In this document: one piece after another, positions 25,601 to 46,290 of the stretch
Position numbering within the stretch: position 1 is the first letter of the stretch
Layout: every line of letters begins with the position of its first letter
Assembly (NCBI GenBank): GCA_002269645.1
Contig: NIVC01001390.1
Span: forward strand, 1-64,000
Length of the DNA: 64,000 nt
From: Macrostomum lignano
Taxonomy: Eukaryota
Direction of reading: 5' to 3'
The notes under the pieces: generated by a model
The model's input: the letters and a program-made list of their open reading frames with translations, nothing else
Told to the model about the DNA's origin: nothing
Database searches by the model: none
Program-made: the position numbers and the translations under genes

Positions 25601-27861
25601 GGGGTAGAGAGAATGGATGTGGGTGAAAGAGGGGTAGAGAGAATGGAGGTGGGTGGAAGTGGGGTAGAGAGAATGGAGGGGAGGTGGGTGGTAGTGGGGT
25701 AGAGAGAATGGAGGTGGGTGGAAGTGGGGTAGAGAGAATGGAGGGGAGGTGGGTGGAAGTGGGGTAGAGAGAATGGAGGTGGGTGGAAGTGGGGTAGAGA
25801 GAATGGAGGGGAGGTGGGTGGAAGTGGGGTAGAGAGAATGGAGGGGAGGTGGGTGGAAGTGGGGTAGAGAGAATGGAGGGGAGGTGGGTGGAAGTGGGGT
25901 AGAGAGAATGGAGGTGGGTGGAAGTGGGGTAGAGAGAATGGAGGGGAGGTGGGTGGAAGTGGGGTAGAGAGAATGGAGGTGGGTGGGAGAGGAGTAGAGA
26001 GAATAGAGATGGGTGGAAGAGGAGTAGAGAATGGAGGGGAGGTGGGTGGAAGTGGGATAGAGAGCTGGACAGCATGAAACAAAACTGTGACAATGGAACC
26101 CATTAAACTCCACGTGTGCAAAAAAAGTGAAACAACTGCATAAAATATCATAAATTAAAGTACTTCATCTTTGAACAGTCAATGAAAAAGGCTAATTTTA
26201 AGTGCTTGAGAAACAGTGAACTTATTCGCGATTTTCTCTTGAATTATCCTTCTCATATCATTTTAGTCAATAATTATATATTCTGCAGACAAGCTTAGAA
26301 AGGTTTTAGTATTGTATTGGCACTGGCTCCTCGCTATGAACTATGCCAACTTTCTGAGCATTTAGGTTATGTACTGGGCCGCAACTCCATTAAATATGCA
26401 GCTAACAATAGCATGGCACTGATGGGCTGACTTTTGATTGGGTTTCTCTGGGTGAGAATTAATAATTAATCTTGTAATGCAGTTATGCATGCAGCAAAGT
26501 GTGCTGAGAGTTTTAAGCATACTGTCTGTGATTCTAACATGAATCATTTGCCCTGATCATCCTGCCAGCCCTTGCTAAGAAAGTCACTGAAGTTTTTTGT
26601 GATTTGTATGAATATTGAATGCATGCTTTGCTATAAACTGTTGTAAATACCCCCCCCCCATAAAGCAGTATATTTTACCAAAAATCATCATCAAAAACAC
26701 CTGAAATTTTTGTGAAAAGTTTAGCAAAGATTTGTCAATAATTTATAGATTTTATTAAAGTTTACTTTGAATATTGAATATAATAAATATTAATTGGTAA
26801 AAAAATTAGATCAATAAAGTTTGCTAGTTGAAATTCTTTATTTTATAGATGTAAAAAACTTATTGAAAAACTTTCCTACAGTGGAGCTGGAGCAAACAAG
26901 CAAAAATAGCTGATATACAAAGTCATTGGTGCTATGCAGTCACATATAAACCCTAGATTTACAGTTAGTTTCATTTATGTTTACTGTCAAATAAATCAAA
27001 TAATTAACAAAGCATTTATTTTGAGCTGCTCTAAATGATAAGGATAGAATTCAACTTTGACTTTTTATTTAAAGGTTTTGAATTGACCATATAAGCATAT
27101 ATAGAAATAAATATTTAGAAAATACTATTGAAACTTTATGCTTACATAGCTATAAATAGCATCTGTTGGTTTTGTTGGATCTGTTTTTAGTATTTTGCAA
27201 TGCCAATAGCAATAATTTAATCGTTAACAGTATTAACAACTCTTGTAAAAAGAATAATTTATTTTTTGTTCTATTTTATTCTATTATGTAAATTATAAGA
27301 TTTATATTACGAGGCAGTGTGGCGATTAGGGTTCATTCAATTATTTATATAACTATAGACTATAGTCTACTTTAACTTGAGCTATTTCATGTTTTAAATA
27401 TTAATGCCTTCAAATAGTTGCTTGTGCTTACGTACTTAATTTTTTGCGTTTATAGGCATAGGCTTTATTAATAGGTACGTGAAAATTAAAAACGAAGAAA
27501 ACCCAACCATAATAATTATAGTCTAGTCAATACATATTTGAAGTGCAAGGTCAAAGATTTACGATTTTAGTAATTCTTTTTCATGAACTGATTGAACTCC
27601 AACTCTAAATTACTGGTTCTAAAGTAGAAAAATTGTAAAAAAACCTTTTGCCTTAACAAAAGCTATTTCATCACATATAAAAGACACTGGATCCCTGTGG
27701 TTCAGCTCAGGTCAGGCTCAGTGGTTGTGGGGAAGAATTGGTTAACAGTTAACTATTACTTACTCTGGTTTTCTCGAGCTCTCTGGGCCATCAGAAAAGA
27801 AGTCAAAATCGACTGATCCTTTCAATTCTTCGTCGTCATAACTTGGTCTTCGGTGAGACAT
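22677..27861 (-). CDS. CFAP97: Cilia- and flagella-associated protein 97 (KIAA1430/Hemingway family)
   Basis: Phase-compatible exons 27861-27764, 24990-24365, 23846-23653, 23048-22677. N-terminal EELKGSVDFDFFSD, Ser/Arg-rich middle with SDVTDVSPLSSP, C-terminal IEAENQRLL...STVNRQKEQRRIEEENRKIFQRLKRIRPT. Confidence 0.88.
23065..23610. repeat. 19-bp minisatellite (ctctctgacactgtaatac), CFAP97 intron 3
   Basis: Direct reading; abuts the acceptor at 23049. Confidence 0.95.
24185..24342. repeat. ~37-bp short tandem array, CFAP97 intron 2
   Basis: gtcagccccttaatccccaaggggactcagtgacccc, about 4 copies. Confidence 0.8.
25150..26062. repeat. Purine-rich ~32-bp minisatellite, CFAP97 intron 1
   Basis: agagagaatagagggaggtgggtggaaggggc and variants. 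Confidence 0.93.
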
Positions 27862-29369
27862 TACATTCGGGTAAGTCTAAGCATAGCTAGCAGTGAATTA
27901 CAATGCGGAATGTCAGTTAATGAATAAAAAATGATATTGTAAAGTTGAAAGGATCCTAACGCCTCGAAAACAACTTAAGGGCCCTTGCTTTTTATATATT
28001 TTTATGTATAAAAAGCATATTTTAAATGCGTATCCTATAGTTAAAAAAAGAATTTAAAAGAACCTGTTAGTTAAACTATTTCTTTTGTTTAAATATTAAA
28101 AAGCAAATTATAAAATGCCGAACTTTCTAAGCCCTTAAATATAAAATAATTTATAAAGATTCAAGCATCCAACCTAATCTAAAAAATAAAACTTACACAC
28201 CTTCAACAATCTAAATATTTCTTTCTAAAAAAAATTAGCCTTCTCTTTGAAATAAAACTAGTCGTTTTTAAGCTTCCACGTTACAGAACATAAAGAAAAA
28301 AGTATACACTAGCTATACCGTTAACATTGCACAATAGTGATCAGTAAATGGTGCAAATTAGCGAGTATATATTGGTCTTTTTTTATTTAAGTAGATGTTA
28401 GAATTGACTACAAAAGCTTGTTTGGACTTGGACTTTGGCTTGTATTACTTATATTTGTTTAAGCAATGTATAAGTAATGTAAAATACATTCTGCTGTTAC
28501 ATGTACATGTACATGGTGCTTGATACACGCTGTTGATACCATGTTTTAGGATGTGTACGAGTATGAGGATACAGTGTATGTGCTCTCAGGAGTCAGCGAA
28601 ATGGGCAGAATAGCCCCTTTGCAGCAGAGTACTTGGCTTGCTGAATTAAACTTCTTTTTGAGTTTTCTGAGGACATCATGCATTAAATGTACATTAGATG
28701 GATTTAGAAGGCTTATATGCTAAACTGGAGCAGTGGTAGAACCTCTAACATGCTAGCATTCAGCTTCAGTAATTATTTAACATGTAGCCAAGGAGAGAGG
28801 CGTTGCAGCATCAGCTCAAAAAAGCGAAAGAAACACAAAGAGGAGCAATAGTTCTGTAGAGTCAGCAGAATTTTCCCAGATAGGATAGGAAACCAGGAGA
28901 GTTTTCTAAACTTTGGGCTGCGCATTAATCCTCTAAGCTTAGGAGTAAAAGTGCATGTATCTGTAAAACCAAACAGACTTGAGGATGATTCTCTGCAGAA
29001 TTTTTGGATCGGTGGGAGGATCTTAATTCTCACGACTTCACGGGGGGAATGCGTCAGACCCGATCAGCCTGCCTAAATAACGTCAGGGGCTGTTCCTATG
29101 AGGAACTGCCATTTCCCAGACTCCCTTATTGATGAGGCACATGTGTGCTGCAGCCTTGACTCAAAAGTCGCAGCTTAGATTCGCTGCTCAATCATTGAAA
29201 GATGAAGCGGAGTGATGCAGACTATACTGTGCTCCGTCTTTTTGCAAGCCAATTTTCTCTAGCATGCCATCGTTCTCCGCGTTAGCGTGCAATCTTGCAC
29301 TGTTTACTCGGCGTGTGTTAAATGTCTGGATTTACCTTGAGTAAGACTTCCCTGATTCTCTCCTCCCGC

Positions 29370-29885
29370 CTTCTCTCCTCTCTCCTCCCGCCTTCTCCCG
29401 TCTCTCCGCCCTCTCATTTCCCTCTCTCCTTCCCTCTCTCCCCTCCCTCTCTCCTCCCCTCTCTCCTCCCCTCTCTCCTCCGATCTCTCCTCCCCTCTCT
29501 CCTCCCCTCTCTCCTCCCTTCTCTCCTCCCCTCTCTCCTCCCCTCTCTCCTCCCCTCTCTCCTCCGATCTCTCCTCCCCTCTCTCCTCCCCTCTCTCCTC
29601 CCCTCTCTCCTCCCCTCTCTCCTCCCCTCTCTCCTCCCTCTCTCCTCCCCTCTCTCCTCCGATCTCTCCTCCCCTCTCTCCTCCCCTCTCTCCTCCCCTC
29701 TCTCCTCCCCTCTCTCCTCCATTCTCTCCTCCCCTCTCTCCTCCCCTCTCTCCTCCCCTCTCTCCTCCGATCTCTCCTCCCCTCTCTCCTCCCCTCTCTC
29801 CTCCCCTCTCTCCTCCCCTCTCTCCTCCCCTCTCTCCTCCCCTCTCTCCTCCCCTCTCTCCTCCCCTCTCTCCTCCCTCTCTCTC
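29370..29885. repeat. 12-bp pyrimidine minisatellite (ctctcctcccct)
   Basis: Direct reading. Confidence 0.93.
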
Positions 29886-29950
29886 CTTCTTTCTATTCTC
29901 CCCTCTATCCCTCTTTCTATCCTTTCTCTGCATAGACGCTTGAAATGCAA

Positions 29951-35753
<5,803 letters not shown>

Positions 35754-35925
35754 CTAGGAAGCATTCGATGCAGTGGGTGATTCGGCAAAATGAGCTTAAA
35801 AACTTATCAACACGCAGCCCCATCAGCGGGAAGCCAGGCGGGACGAGAGTGGGATCGGTTATCAAAGTCTAATGAGGCGTTTTGGAGTCGGATTTCGGAA
35901 TATGGCATCGAGCTGATGAGGTAAG

Positions 35926-36143
<218 letters not shown>

Positions 36144-36816
36144 GCTATCAGGGCGCAGCTAGGTGCAGTTAGGCTCAGTCAAAAGCTCACAAATTGTTCG
36201 CCCCTCACAAAAAAGAGTTGAATTTTCGCATATGCAGTCGGCAAAAAATTCGCACGGCAGATGCTATTTGGCTGGGGAAGCGGGTTGGAATGCCATTAAA
36301 AAAAAGCGTACAGACAGGCAGTGGGAGAGGAAAACTGCGGTATTGCATGGCTCGAATTGCCTCCAACAGAAATATGGAAGGCCGACGGGCGCTGACAGGA
36401 CTACGCGGTCTCTATGCACTTTTTAGCAGCCTCTCCAAAACCAAGGTCGGTATGGGCTAATGGACGCTTGGGGCTGCAAGGAACTTTCGAGTTTTCGAGA
36501 CGACGGGAAAGTTAGCTGTAGGCAGGACCGGGGGGAACGAGGCAACGAAGGAAGAGGTTCCGGCGCAGCGTTTCCCTTCCCTTAAAAAATCTGGATATTC
36601 CATTCCGCTCTCTGTGTTTCGCACAGGAAAACTGCTGCAACACAAAATAACAAAGCTGAAAGAGAGATTGCTGTTCAGCCGTTCGCGACAGTCCGCTGTG
36701 TTGGACACCACGGGACGCCTTCCTGTCGGCCTTCATCTACGCTTTGTCCCTCTCCCTGCCTCCATCTGATTATTTCTCTGACCCCCTTTTTTAGTTAAAT
36801 AGGCCGTTGAACTAAA

Positions 36817-39800
36817 ATGGCCGCCACTTCTGGTCCAGCTGACAAGGAAGTTCCTGCTGCTGCCGCTGCTGCCTCTGCTGCTTCTGTTGCGACGTTCAAC
36901 ACTTCACCAACTCAGCAGAGTCAGGAAGGCGTTGAAGACTTTTCAGCATTTGAACGGTTGAGTTTGTTTAATTTCTTTGGAAATGCATTTCTGAAGGCTT
37001 ACCTCTCGAGAAAATAAAGTTATCTGATGCGTTAAACGTATTGCGTTTTGAACCATGAAACAAATGAAAAGCATGTGTTTGGTCCAATTTCGATTCGTAT
37101 GTTTCTTCATGGCTCAGTTTTCGAAACTACAGCTGCAGTTGCAGTCAGCTCACACGAGTTGAAACGCGAGGTTCCAACGCCCGGATGTGAACGTCTATTT
37201 ATATGGCCAAAAAGTCTCTAATCCAGTGCAAAGCCAGCGAGTACAAAGCACGTTCACCTCGTAATCCACGGCATTGCCCAGCTAATAGTCTATGGCCGTC
37301 ATTTAATTGGCCAGGCTTTAAACGCTGAGTCAACTATTCTGTGGAGTCAACAGCCACCAGAGTCGTTTCCTTGGGGTCGGGAGCCTCCAGCGCCGTTTCT
37401 TGCAAGTCAACAGCCACCAGATGCTTCTCTTGCAAGTCAACAGCCACCAGAGGCTGCTCTTGCAAGTCAAAAGCCACCAGAGGCTTCTCTTGCAAGTCAA
37501 CAGCCACCAGAGGCTGCTCTAGCAAGACAAAAAAGCCACCAGAGGCTTCTCTTGCAAGTCAAAAGCCACCAGAGGCTTCTCTTGCAAGTCAACAGCCACC
37601 AGAGGCTTCTCTTGCAAGTCAACAGCCACCAGAGGCATTTGTTGCAAGTCAACAGCCACCAGAGGCATTTGTTGCAAGTCAACAGCCACCAGAGGCATTT
37701 GTTGCAAGTCAACAGCCACCAGAGGGATCTTTTGAAAGCCAGCAGCCACCAGAGGCGTCTCTTGCAAGTCAACAGCCACCAGAGGCGTCTCTTGCAAGTC
37801 AACAGCCACCAGAGGCTGCTCTTGCAAGTCAAAAGCAACCAGAGGCTGCTCTTGCAAGTCAAAAGCAACCAGAGGCTGCTCTTGCAAGTCAACAGCCACC
37901 AGAGGCTGCTCTTGCAAGTCAACAGCCACCAGAAGCCGTTTTCTTTGCGTCGGGACCGCCACACCAAATAATGCTAAGTTAGAAAACTGGCATTCTAAAG
38001 TTGAAAGCCCACAAAAATAATAGGTTGGGCCTATTGACAAACGCAATGCTTTACGAAGAAACTCGACTGAGATACAAGCAGGTCTAGTAATGGCTTGCAA
38101 TATGAATGCATATCTTAAATGTGTCTTCAAACTACTTTTTACGAGCGTACAGCATAATTGACGTTATTTATTTAAATTCCAATCAAGAAAATCAACACAG
38201 TTCATAAACTATTATTTTCTTTTCAACAGGCAGTTGTCGCTCAGTCAAAGCATTGGCGAAGAGTTGCGACCTCGGCTGCATCGGAGAAATCAGTTCATCT
38301 TTTCTAGAAAAACGGCTGTAAGTGTGACAGCTTATAATTTGTTAGTTGCTGGCTTAAAGCCTCAAAGGATCAGACTTACAAACCTACATTATTAAACCCT
38401 TCAACCCTACCGTACAACTGGACCTTTCAACCCTCCATAAAACCGTACAGTACAGTACAGGCTGACCCCACAACCCTACAGTACAGGCTGACCCTTCAAC
38501 CCTACAGGCTGACCCTACAACCCTACAGGCTGACCCTACAACCGTATAGGCTGACCCTACAACCCTACAGGCTGACCCTACAACCCTACAGGCTGACCCT
38601 ACAACCCTACAGGCTGACCCTACAACCCTACAGTACCCTACGACCCTACAACCCTACAGGCTGACCCTACAACCCTACAGGCTGACCCTACAACCCTACA
38701 GTACCCTACAACCCTACAACCCTACAGGCTGACCCCACAGCCCTACAGTACAGGCTGACCCCACAACCCTACAGTACAGGCTGACCCCACAACCCTACAG
38801 TACAGGCTGACCCTACAACCCTACCTTCTACCCCTCCCCCCGCCAGCTCTCCATGGACCAGTGCCCCCTGGCCCCAGCGAGCTGGAGTCAGGCCCCGTCG
38901 CCAACGCCGCTGCAGTCGGGCACCGCCATGGCTGTGCACTCGCACTCCGGCTCAGACACCGGCCTGCTGCTCGCCGACTCTTCAGTGAGCAGAATCGCCA
39001 GTCGAATCGCCCAAAGCATGGATAACGTGCAGAAACGTCGTTCAGTCACCGATTCGAATCATCTGAGAGTGCTGCATGACAGCCTGACTAGCTTGACTCA
39101 CAGGATCACTGGCGCACCCGGTAGTCAGGAGAGTCTGCCAGCAGATCAATCCGCAGCGTCGCCAGGTGGAGCCGTCGCGAGTCTGACTTCGTTGTCGCAG
39201 CCTCCGCAGGTGCATCACGTCAAGTCCAACTCCGCTGGAGGTCGAAGTCGAAAGAAAACTAAGGTTTGCTTGGCTAAATACTGGATTGCAGAGAGGCTAA
39301 ACTGAGACAACTGACTAAACTGAGACAACTGACTCAACTGAGACAACTGACTAAACTGAGACAACTGACCATTCTCTCCCCACACACCCTCTCCCTCACT
39401 GCACCATTCTCTGCCCACACACCCTCTCCCTCACTGCACCATTCTCTGCCCACACACTCTCTCCCTCACTGCACCATTCTCTGCCCACACACCCTCTCCC
39501 TCACTGCACCATTCTCTGCCCACACACCCTCTCCCTCACTGCACCATTCTCTGCCCCACACACCCTCTCCCTCACTGCACCATTCTCTGCCCACACACTC
39601 TCTCCCTCACTGCACCATTCTCTGCCCACACACCCTCTCCCTCACTGCACCATTCTCTGCCCACACACTCTCTCCCTCACTGCACCATTCTCTCCCCACA
39701 CACCCTCTCCCTCACTGCACCATTCTCTGCCCCACACACCCTCTCCCTCACTGCACCATTCTCTGCCCACACACTCTCTCCCTCACTGCACCATTCTCTG

Positions 39801-42800
39801 CCCACACACCCTCTCCCTCACTGCACCATTCTCTGCCCACACACCCTCTCCCTCACTGCACCATTCTCTGCCCACACACTCTCTCCCTCACTGCACCATT
39901 CTCTCCCCACACACCCTCTCCCTCACTGCACCATTCTCTGCCCCACACACCCTCTCCCTCACTGCACCATTCTCTGCCCACACACTCTCTCCCTCACTGC
40001 ACCATTCTCTGCCCACACACCCTCTCCCTCACTGCACCATTCTCTGCCCACACACCCTCTCCCTCACTGCACCATTCTCTCGCCACACACCCTCTCCCTC
40101 ACTGCACCATTCTCTGCCCCACACACCCTCTCCCTCACTGCACCATTCTCTCGCCACACACCCTCTCCCTCATTGCACCATTCTCTCTCCACACACACCC
40201 TCTCCCTCACTGCACCATTCTCTCTCCACACACCCTCTCCCTCACTGCACCATTCTCTCTCCACACACACCCTCTCCCTCACTGCACCATTCTCTCTCCA
40301 CACACACCCTCTCCCTCACTGCACCATTCTCTGCCCCACACACACCCTCTCCCTCACTGCACCATTCTCTCTCCACACACACCCTCTCCCTCACTGCACC
40401 ATTCTCTCTCCACACACACCCTCTCCCTCACTGCACCATTCTCTGCCCCACACACACCCTCTCCCTCACTGCACCATTGTCTGCCCCACACACTCTCTCC
40501 TTCACTGCACCATTCTCTCGCCACACACCCTCCCCTCACTGCACCATTCTCTGCCCCACACACCCTCTCCCTCACTGCACCATTCTCTGCCCCACACACA
40601 CCCTCTCCCTCACTGCACCATTCTCTGCCCCACACACACCCTCTCCCTCACTGCACCATTCTCTGCCCCACACACCCTCTCCCTCACTGCACCATTCTCT
40701 CGCCACACACCCTCTCCCTCATTGCACCATTGTCTGCCCCACACACCCTCTCCCTCACTGCACCATTCTCTCTCCACACACACCCTCTCCCTCATTGCAC
40801 CATTCTCTCTCCACACACACCCTCTCCCTCACTGCACCATTCTCTGCCCCACACACCCTCTCCCTCACTGCACCATTCTCTCGCCACACACCCTCTCCCT
40901 CATTGCACCATTCTCTCTCCACACACACCCTCTCCCTCACTGCACCATTCTCTCTCCACACACCCTCTCCCTCACTGCACCATTCTCTCTCCACACACAC
41001 CCTCTCCCTCACTGCACCATTCTCTCTCCACACACACCCTCTCCCTCACTGCACCATTCTCTGCCCCACACACACCCTCTCCCTCACTGCACCATTCTCT
41101 CTCCACACACACCCTCTCCCTCACTGCACCATTCTCTGCCCCACACACACCCTCTCCCTCACTGCACCATTCTCTGCCCCACACACCCTCTCCCTCACTG
41201 CACCATTCTCTGCCCCACACACACCCTCTCCCTCACTGCACCATTCTCTCTCCACACACACCCTCTCCCTCACTGCACCATTCTCTCTCCACACACACCC
41301 TCTCCCTCACTGCACCATTGTCTGCCCCACACACCCTCTCCCTCACTGCACCATTCTCTCGCCACACACCCTCTCCCTCATTGCACCATTCTCTCTCCAC
41401 ACACACCCTCTCCCTCACTGCACCATTCTCTCTCCACACACCCTCTCCCTCACTGCACCATTCTCTCTCCACACCCTCTCCCTCACTGCACCATTCTCTC
41501 TCCACACACACCCTCTCCCTCACTGCACCATTCTCTGCCCCACACACACCCTCTCCCTCACTGCACCATTCTCTGCCCCACACACCCTCTCCCTCACTGC
41601 ACCATTCTCTGCCCCACACACACCCTCTCCCTCACTGCACCATTGTCTGCCCCACACACTCTCTCCTTCACTGCACCATTCTCTCGCCACACACCCTCCC
41701 CTCACTGCACCATTCTCTGCCCCACACACCCTCTCCCTCACTCTCTCCGTCTCCCTCACTCTCTCCGTCTCCCTCACTCTCTCCGTCTCCCTCACTCTCT
41801 CCGTCTCCCTCACTCTCTCCGTCTCCCTCACTCTGTCCCTCTACCTCACTCCACTTCAAAAACGCAATTCTCAGAAAGAACCAATGTGTTGTAGGTGCAT
41901 CTATTAAAATAAAGCGACGTATATATTCGATTTTTTAAAACTGACACGTGAAATCTAACAAAGCTGACCAGACTACTTAGAAAAAGTAGTACGAATCGCC
42001 CAAGGAATTAAAAATTAACTTCTCTAAATAGGCTAAAAATCCAGCAATTAAAACAAGTTTTTTTCGACTGTGTCTGTTTAAGCCACTAACTAACAAGTTG
42101 TTTGAATGAGCAGTATTGTTATTCTGTCACGTGAGTAAATTGTTATAACAGCTTTGTTTTAGTATCCGATTGCACAATTTCCATGGCTTATTGAAGTTGA
42201 ACTGTCAGTACTGTAAAACAAACTGTCAGTGGATAGATATATAATAGCAATGTGGGTGAAATCTGGGTTATGACACAAATATTGGCCAAATATTCATGGC
42301 AAAGTATAATATAAATGCGCATGCTAAATTCAAAAGCTTATTAATTCCGAGACAGTCAAAACAGTTTCTCAATCAAGACCATAGACTATTTAATAATTAT
42401 GAATATTGGCAGTTTGCCAAACATATTTGCCAAGCATACTACTGATGCTACTGCTGCCAAGCATCACAGACGGAAAACGTCCTTAAATACATTCTTATAC
42501 AACGGAAGCAAAGACGACAGAAGGCAGAAGTTACTCACCAATGACGCCTTGTTGAGCTTTCTGGTGCAGCCAAGCAAGTCTGCTTGCGGTGGTGAGTTTC
42601 TCAGTTTTTTTAGAATTTTTATGATTAATTAATGATTTAGACTGCTCTTGACTCTGTTCTAAAACTTCTGTTTGCAATAAGTCTGCAGTTTGATCTTCAA
42701 CCATTTAAGTAATTGTTATAACGGCCTCTTTATTATTATTAGTGACCCTGACACCCATACTCCTGGCACCAATATTCCTGACACCCATATTCCTGACACC

Positions 42801-45800
42801 AATACTCCTGACACCCATATTCCTGACACCCATATTCCTGACACCCATATTCCTGACACCCATATTTCTGACACCATTATTCCTGACACCCATGCTCCTG
42901 ACACTCATATTCCTGACACCCATATTTCTGACACCCATATTCCTGACACCAATACTCCTGACAACCATATTTCTGACACCCATATTCCTGACACCAATAC
43001 TCCTGACACCCATATTTCTGACACCCATACTCCTGACACCCAAATACCTAACACCCATATTCCTGACACGCATATTCCTGATACCCATATTCCTGATACC
43101 CATATTCCTGACAATCATATTCCTGACACCCATACTTTTGACACAGAATATTCCCGACACCCATATTTCTGACACCCATATTCCTGACAACATTATTCCT
43201 GACACCCATACTTCTGACACTCATATTCCTGACACCCATATTCCTGATACCCATATTCCTGACAATCATATTCCTGACACCCATACTTTTGACACAGAAT
43301 ATTCCCGACACCCATATTTCTGACACCCATATTTCTGACACCCATATTCCTGACAACATTATTCCTGACACCCATACTCCTGACACCCATATTCCTGACA
43401 CCCATATTTCTGACACCCATATTTCTGACACCCATATTCCTGACAACATTATTCCCGACACCCATACTCCTGACACTCATATTCCTGACACCCATATTCC
43501 TGACACCCATATTTCTGACACCAATACTCCTGACGCCCATATTTCTGACACCCATATTCCTGACACCCATATTTCTGACACCCATATTTCTGACACCCAT
43601 ATTTCTGACACCCATATTCCTGACATTCCTGACACCCATATTCCTCGCACCCATATTAATGACACCATTATTCCTGACACCAATACTCTTGACACCCATA
43701 TTCCTGACACCCATATTTCTGACACCCATATTCCTGACACCCATATTTCTGACACCCATATTCCTGACAACATTATTCCTGACACCCATACTTCTGACAC
43801 TCATATTCCTGACACCCATATTCCTGACACCCATTTTCCTGACAATCATATTCCTGACACCCATACTTTTGACACAGAATATTCTCGACACCCATATTTC
43901 TGACACCCATATTTCTGACACCCATATTCCTGACAACATTATTCCTGACACCCATACTCCTGACACTCATATTCCTGACACCCATATTCCTGACACCCAT
44001 ATTCCTGACACCAATACTCCTGACGCCCATATTTCTGACACCCATATTCCTGACACCCATATTTCTGACACCCATATTTCTGACACCCATATTCCTGACA
44101 TTCCTGACACCCATATTCCTGATACCCATATTCCTGACAATCATATTCCTGACACCCATACTTTTGACACAGAATATTCCCGACACCCATATTTCTGACA
44201 CCCATATTTCTGACACCATTATTCCTGACACCAATACTCTTGACACCCATATTCCTGACACCCATATTTCTGACACCCATATTCCTGACACCCATATTCC
44301 TGACACCCATATTCCTGACAACATTATTCCTGACACCCATACTCCTGACACCCATATTCCTGACACCCATATTTCTGACACCCATATTTCTTACACCCAT
44401 ATTCCTGACACCCATATTTCTGACACCCATATTTTTGACACCCATATTCCTGACACCCATATTCCTGACATCCATATTAATGACACTCCAGTTTCCCCAG
44501 CTGTCTTGAAACGTAAAATCCTTCCACCCGTTAAAGTGACTGGCCAATGCCCAGCTAATGCTAAGGTGTGAGCCAATGCCTACGGCCCAAGTTAGACAGC
44601 AATGCAGTATAACAGAACACTTAAGGACTCCATATCAAGCGCCTTTGTTGCGAGAAAGAGTCACAACCTACCGAGAAAGCTTCTCTAAACAAGTCATGAA
44701 ACGCAGTGAAGGCTCAGACTTGGAAGGCGCTTCGCAGTCACCTGCCTCGACAACTGGCAGTGGCGGCAGGCAGGTTGGGGGAGCCCTGCCAACCAATATG
44801 GCTGGAATCTTTGCTCAGCAATTTTTTCATAAACCAATTGAAGATTTGAAATCGTCAGGTAGGAACTGTGGCGTTAACGTTTTTATGCATGCTGAGGTTT
44901 TAATTCATTGATTCTAGATCATTAGCTCAGTCATGCACACGATCAAGAGCTCTCTTATGAACTCACTCATGATCTCACTCATGATCTCACTCATGAACTC
45001 ACTCATGAACTCACTCATGAACTCACTCACTCAGAAATTCACTCATAAACTCAACTCACTTATTAACTCACTCATGAACTCACTCATGAACTCACTCATA
45101 AACTCATGAACTCACTCATGAACTCACTCATGAACTCACTCATGAACCCACTCATGAACTCACTCAGAAACTCACTCAGAAACTCACTCATGAACTCACT
45201 CATGAACACACTCATGGTCTCACTCATAAACTGGTTTCCAACTCATGAACTTAAACCGCACTCATGTCTAAATTTTTATGCTATCAATTGATGCAGGTTT
45301 CTATACAAAACAGTGGATTTAAAATCTCAGAATTTAGTTCACTCATAAATATCTGAGGGTGCTTTTAACTTTTACTTTCAATCCACCGTGAGAAACTGAA
45401 ATTGGGGGCTGGCAGACTCAGTTTTAAATAATTTATAACGTGCAAGGGCGCTGGCGTGACACGTAGGTCGAATGTGGCCTCATAAACTCTACACTTCTTT
45501 TATCCAGCATTTAAATCGCCCACTCTATCGCCGAGAAGTCAAGATCCGGCAAAGCCCTCCCGCGCCCAAAACAGTACTGACTTTTTATTGCGGTTGTCAG
45601 TTGAAAGATAATTGAAACACGTAAGGCTGAAGTGCAGGAAGCTCCTTGCTATAGCTGCATCTCGCACTGTTATTCTCTTTGATCCATAATCTGCTTATTG
45701 ATTTAATTCGTTCAAAGAATATGCAAAGAAATTGTTAGATATGCTTTAATCTGCAGTTTCTTTTGCACTGATTTGTCTGTCTATTGATTGATCGCATATT

Positions 45801-45979
45801 TGTGCTGGTTTTGTAAGCTGATAATCTATAGCGATTATTGGATGGTTCTGTGCTTCCCACTTCTTCCCCTTTTCAAGCGAATTCTTTCTGTCGTTGTCTT
45901 CCTATGCTTCCATTTCTGTCTCGGTCGTAAACCTCACTGTCTACCTCCCTCTGTCTACCTCTCTCCCCCTCTCCCTCTC

Positions 45980-46011
<32 letters not shown>

Positions 46012-46228
46012 ATATCTCTCATATCTCTCTTTCATCTCTCTCTCTCTCCTGAGAGAGAGATTTTTGGCCTGACGAAGAGCCCAGAGGCTTGAAACCGGTG
46101 GCCTACTTTCAATTAAATAATTTAACACGCCGTGACCTCTCTTCTCTCTCTCTACCTCTCATATCTCTCATATCTCTCTTTCATCTCTCTCTCTCTCTCA
46201 TATCTCTCATATCTCTCTTTTATCTCTC

Positions 46229-46290
<62 letters not shown>

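Noticed and set aside
25150-26062. G-quadruplex regulatory element
   Set aside because: G-runs are mostly of two to four within a satellite; nothing indicates function beyond composition.
35819-35921. Plus-strand exon-like segment (REWDRLSKSNEAFWSRISEYGIELM) ending at a gtaagt donor
   Set aside because: No partner exons found, and it overlaps the likely minus-strand gene. Unresolved rather than supported.
37334-38130. QQPPEASLAS / PLVAVDLQE repeat proteins
   Set aside because: 30-bp intronic satellite that is open in several frames on both strands, with no splice support.
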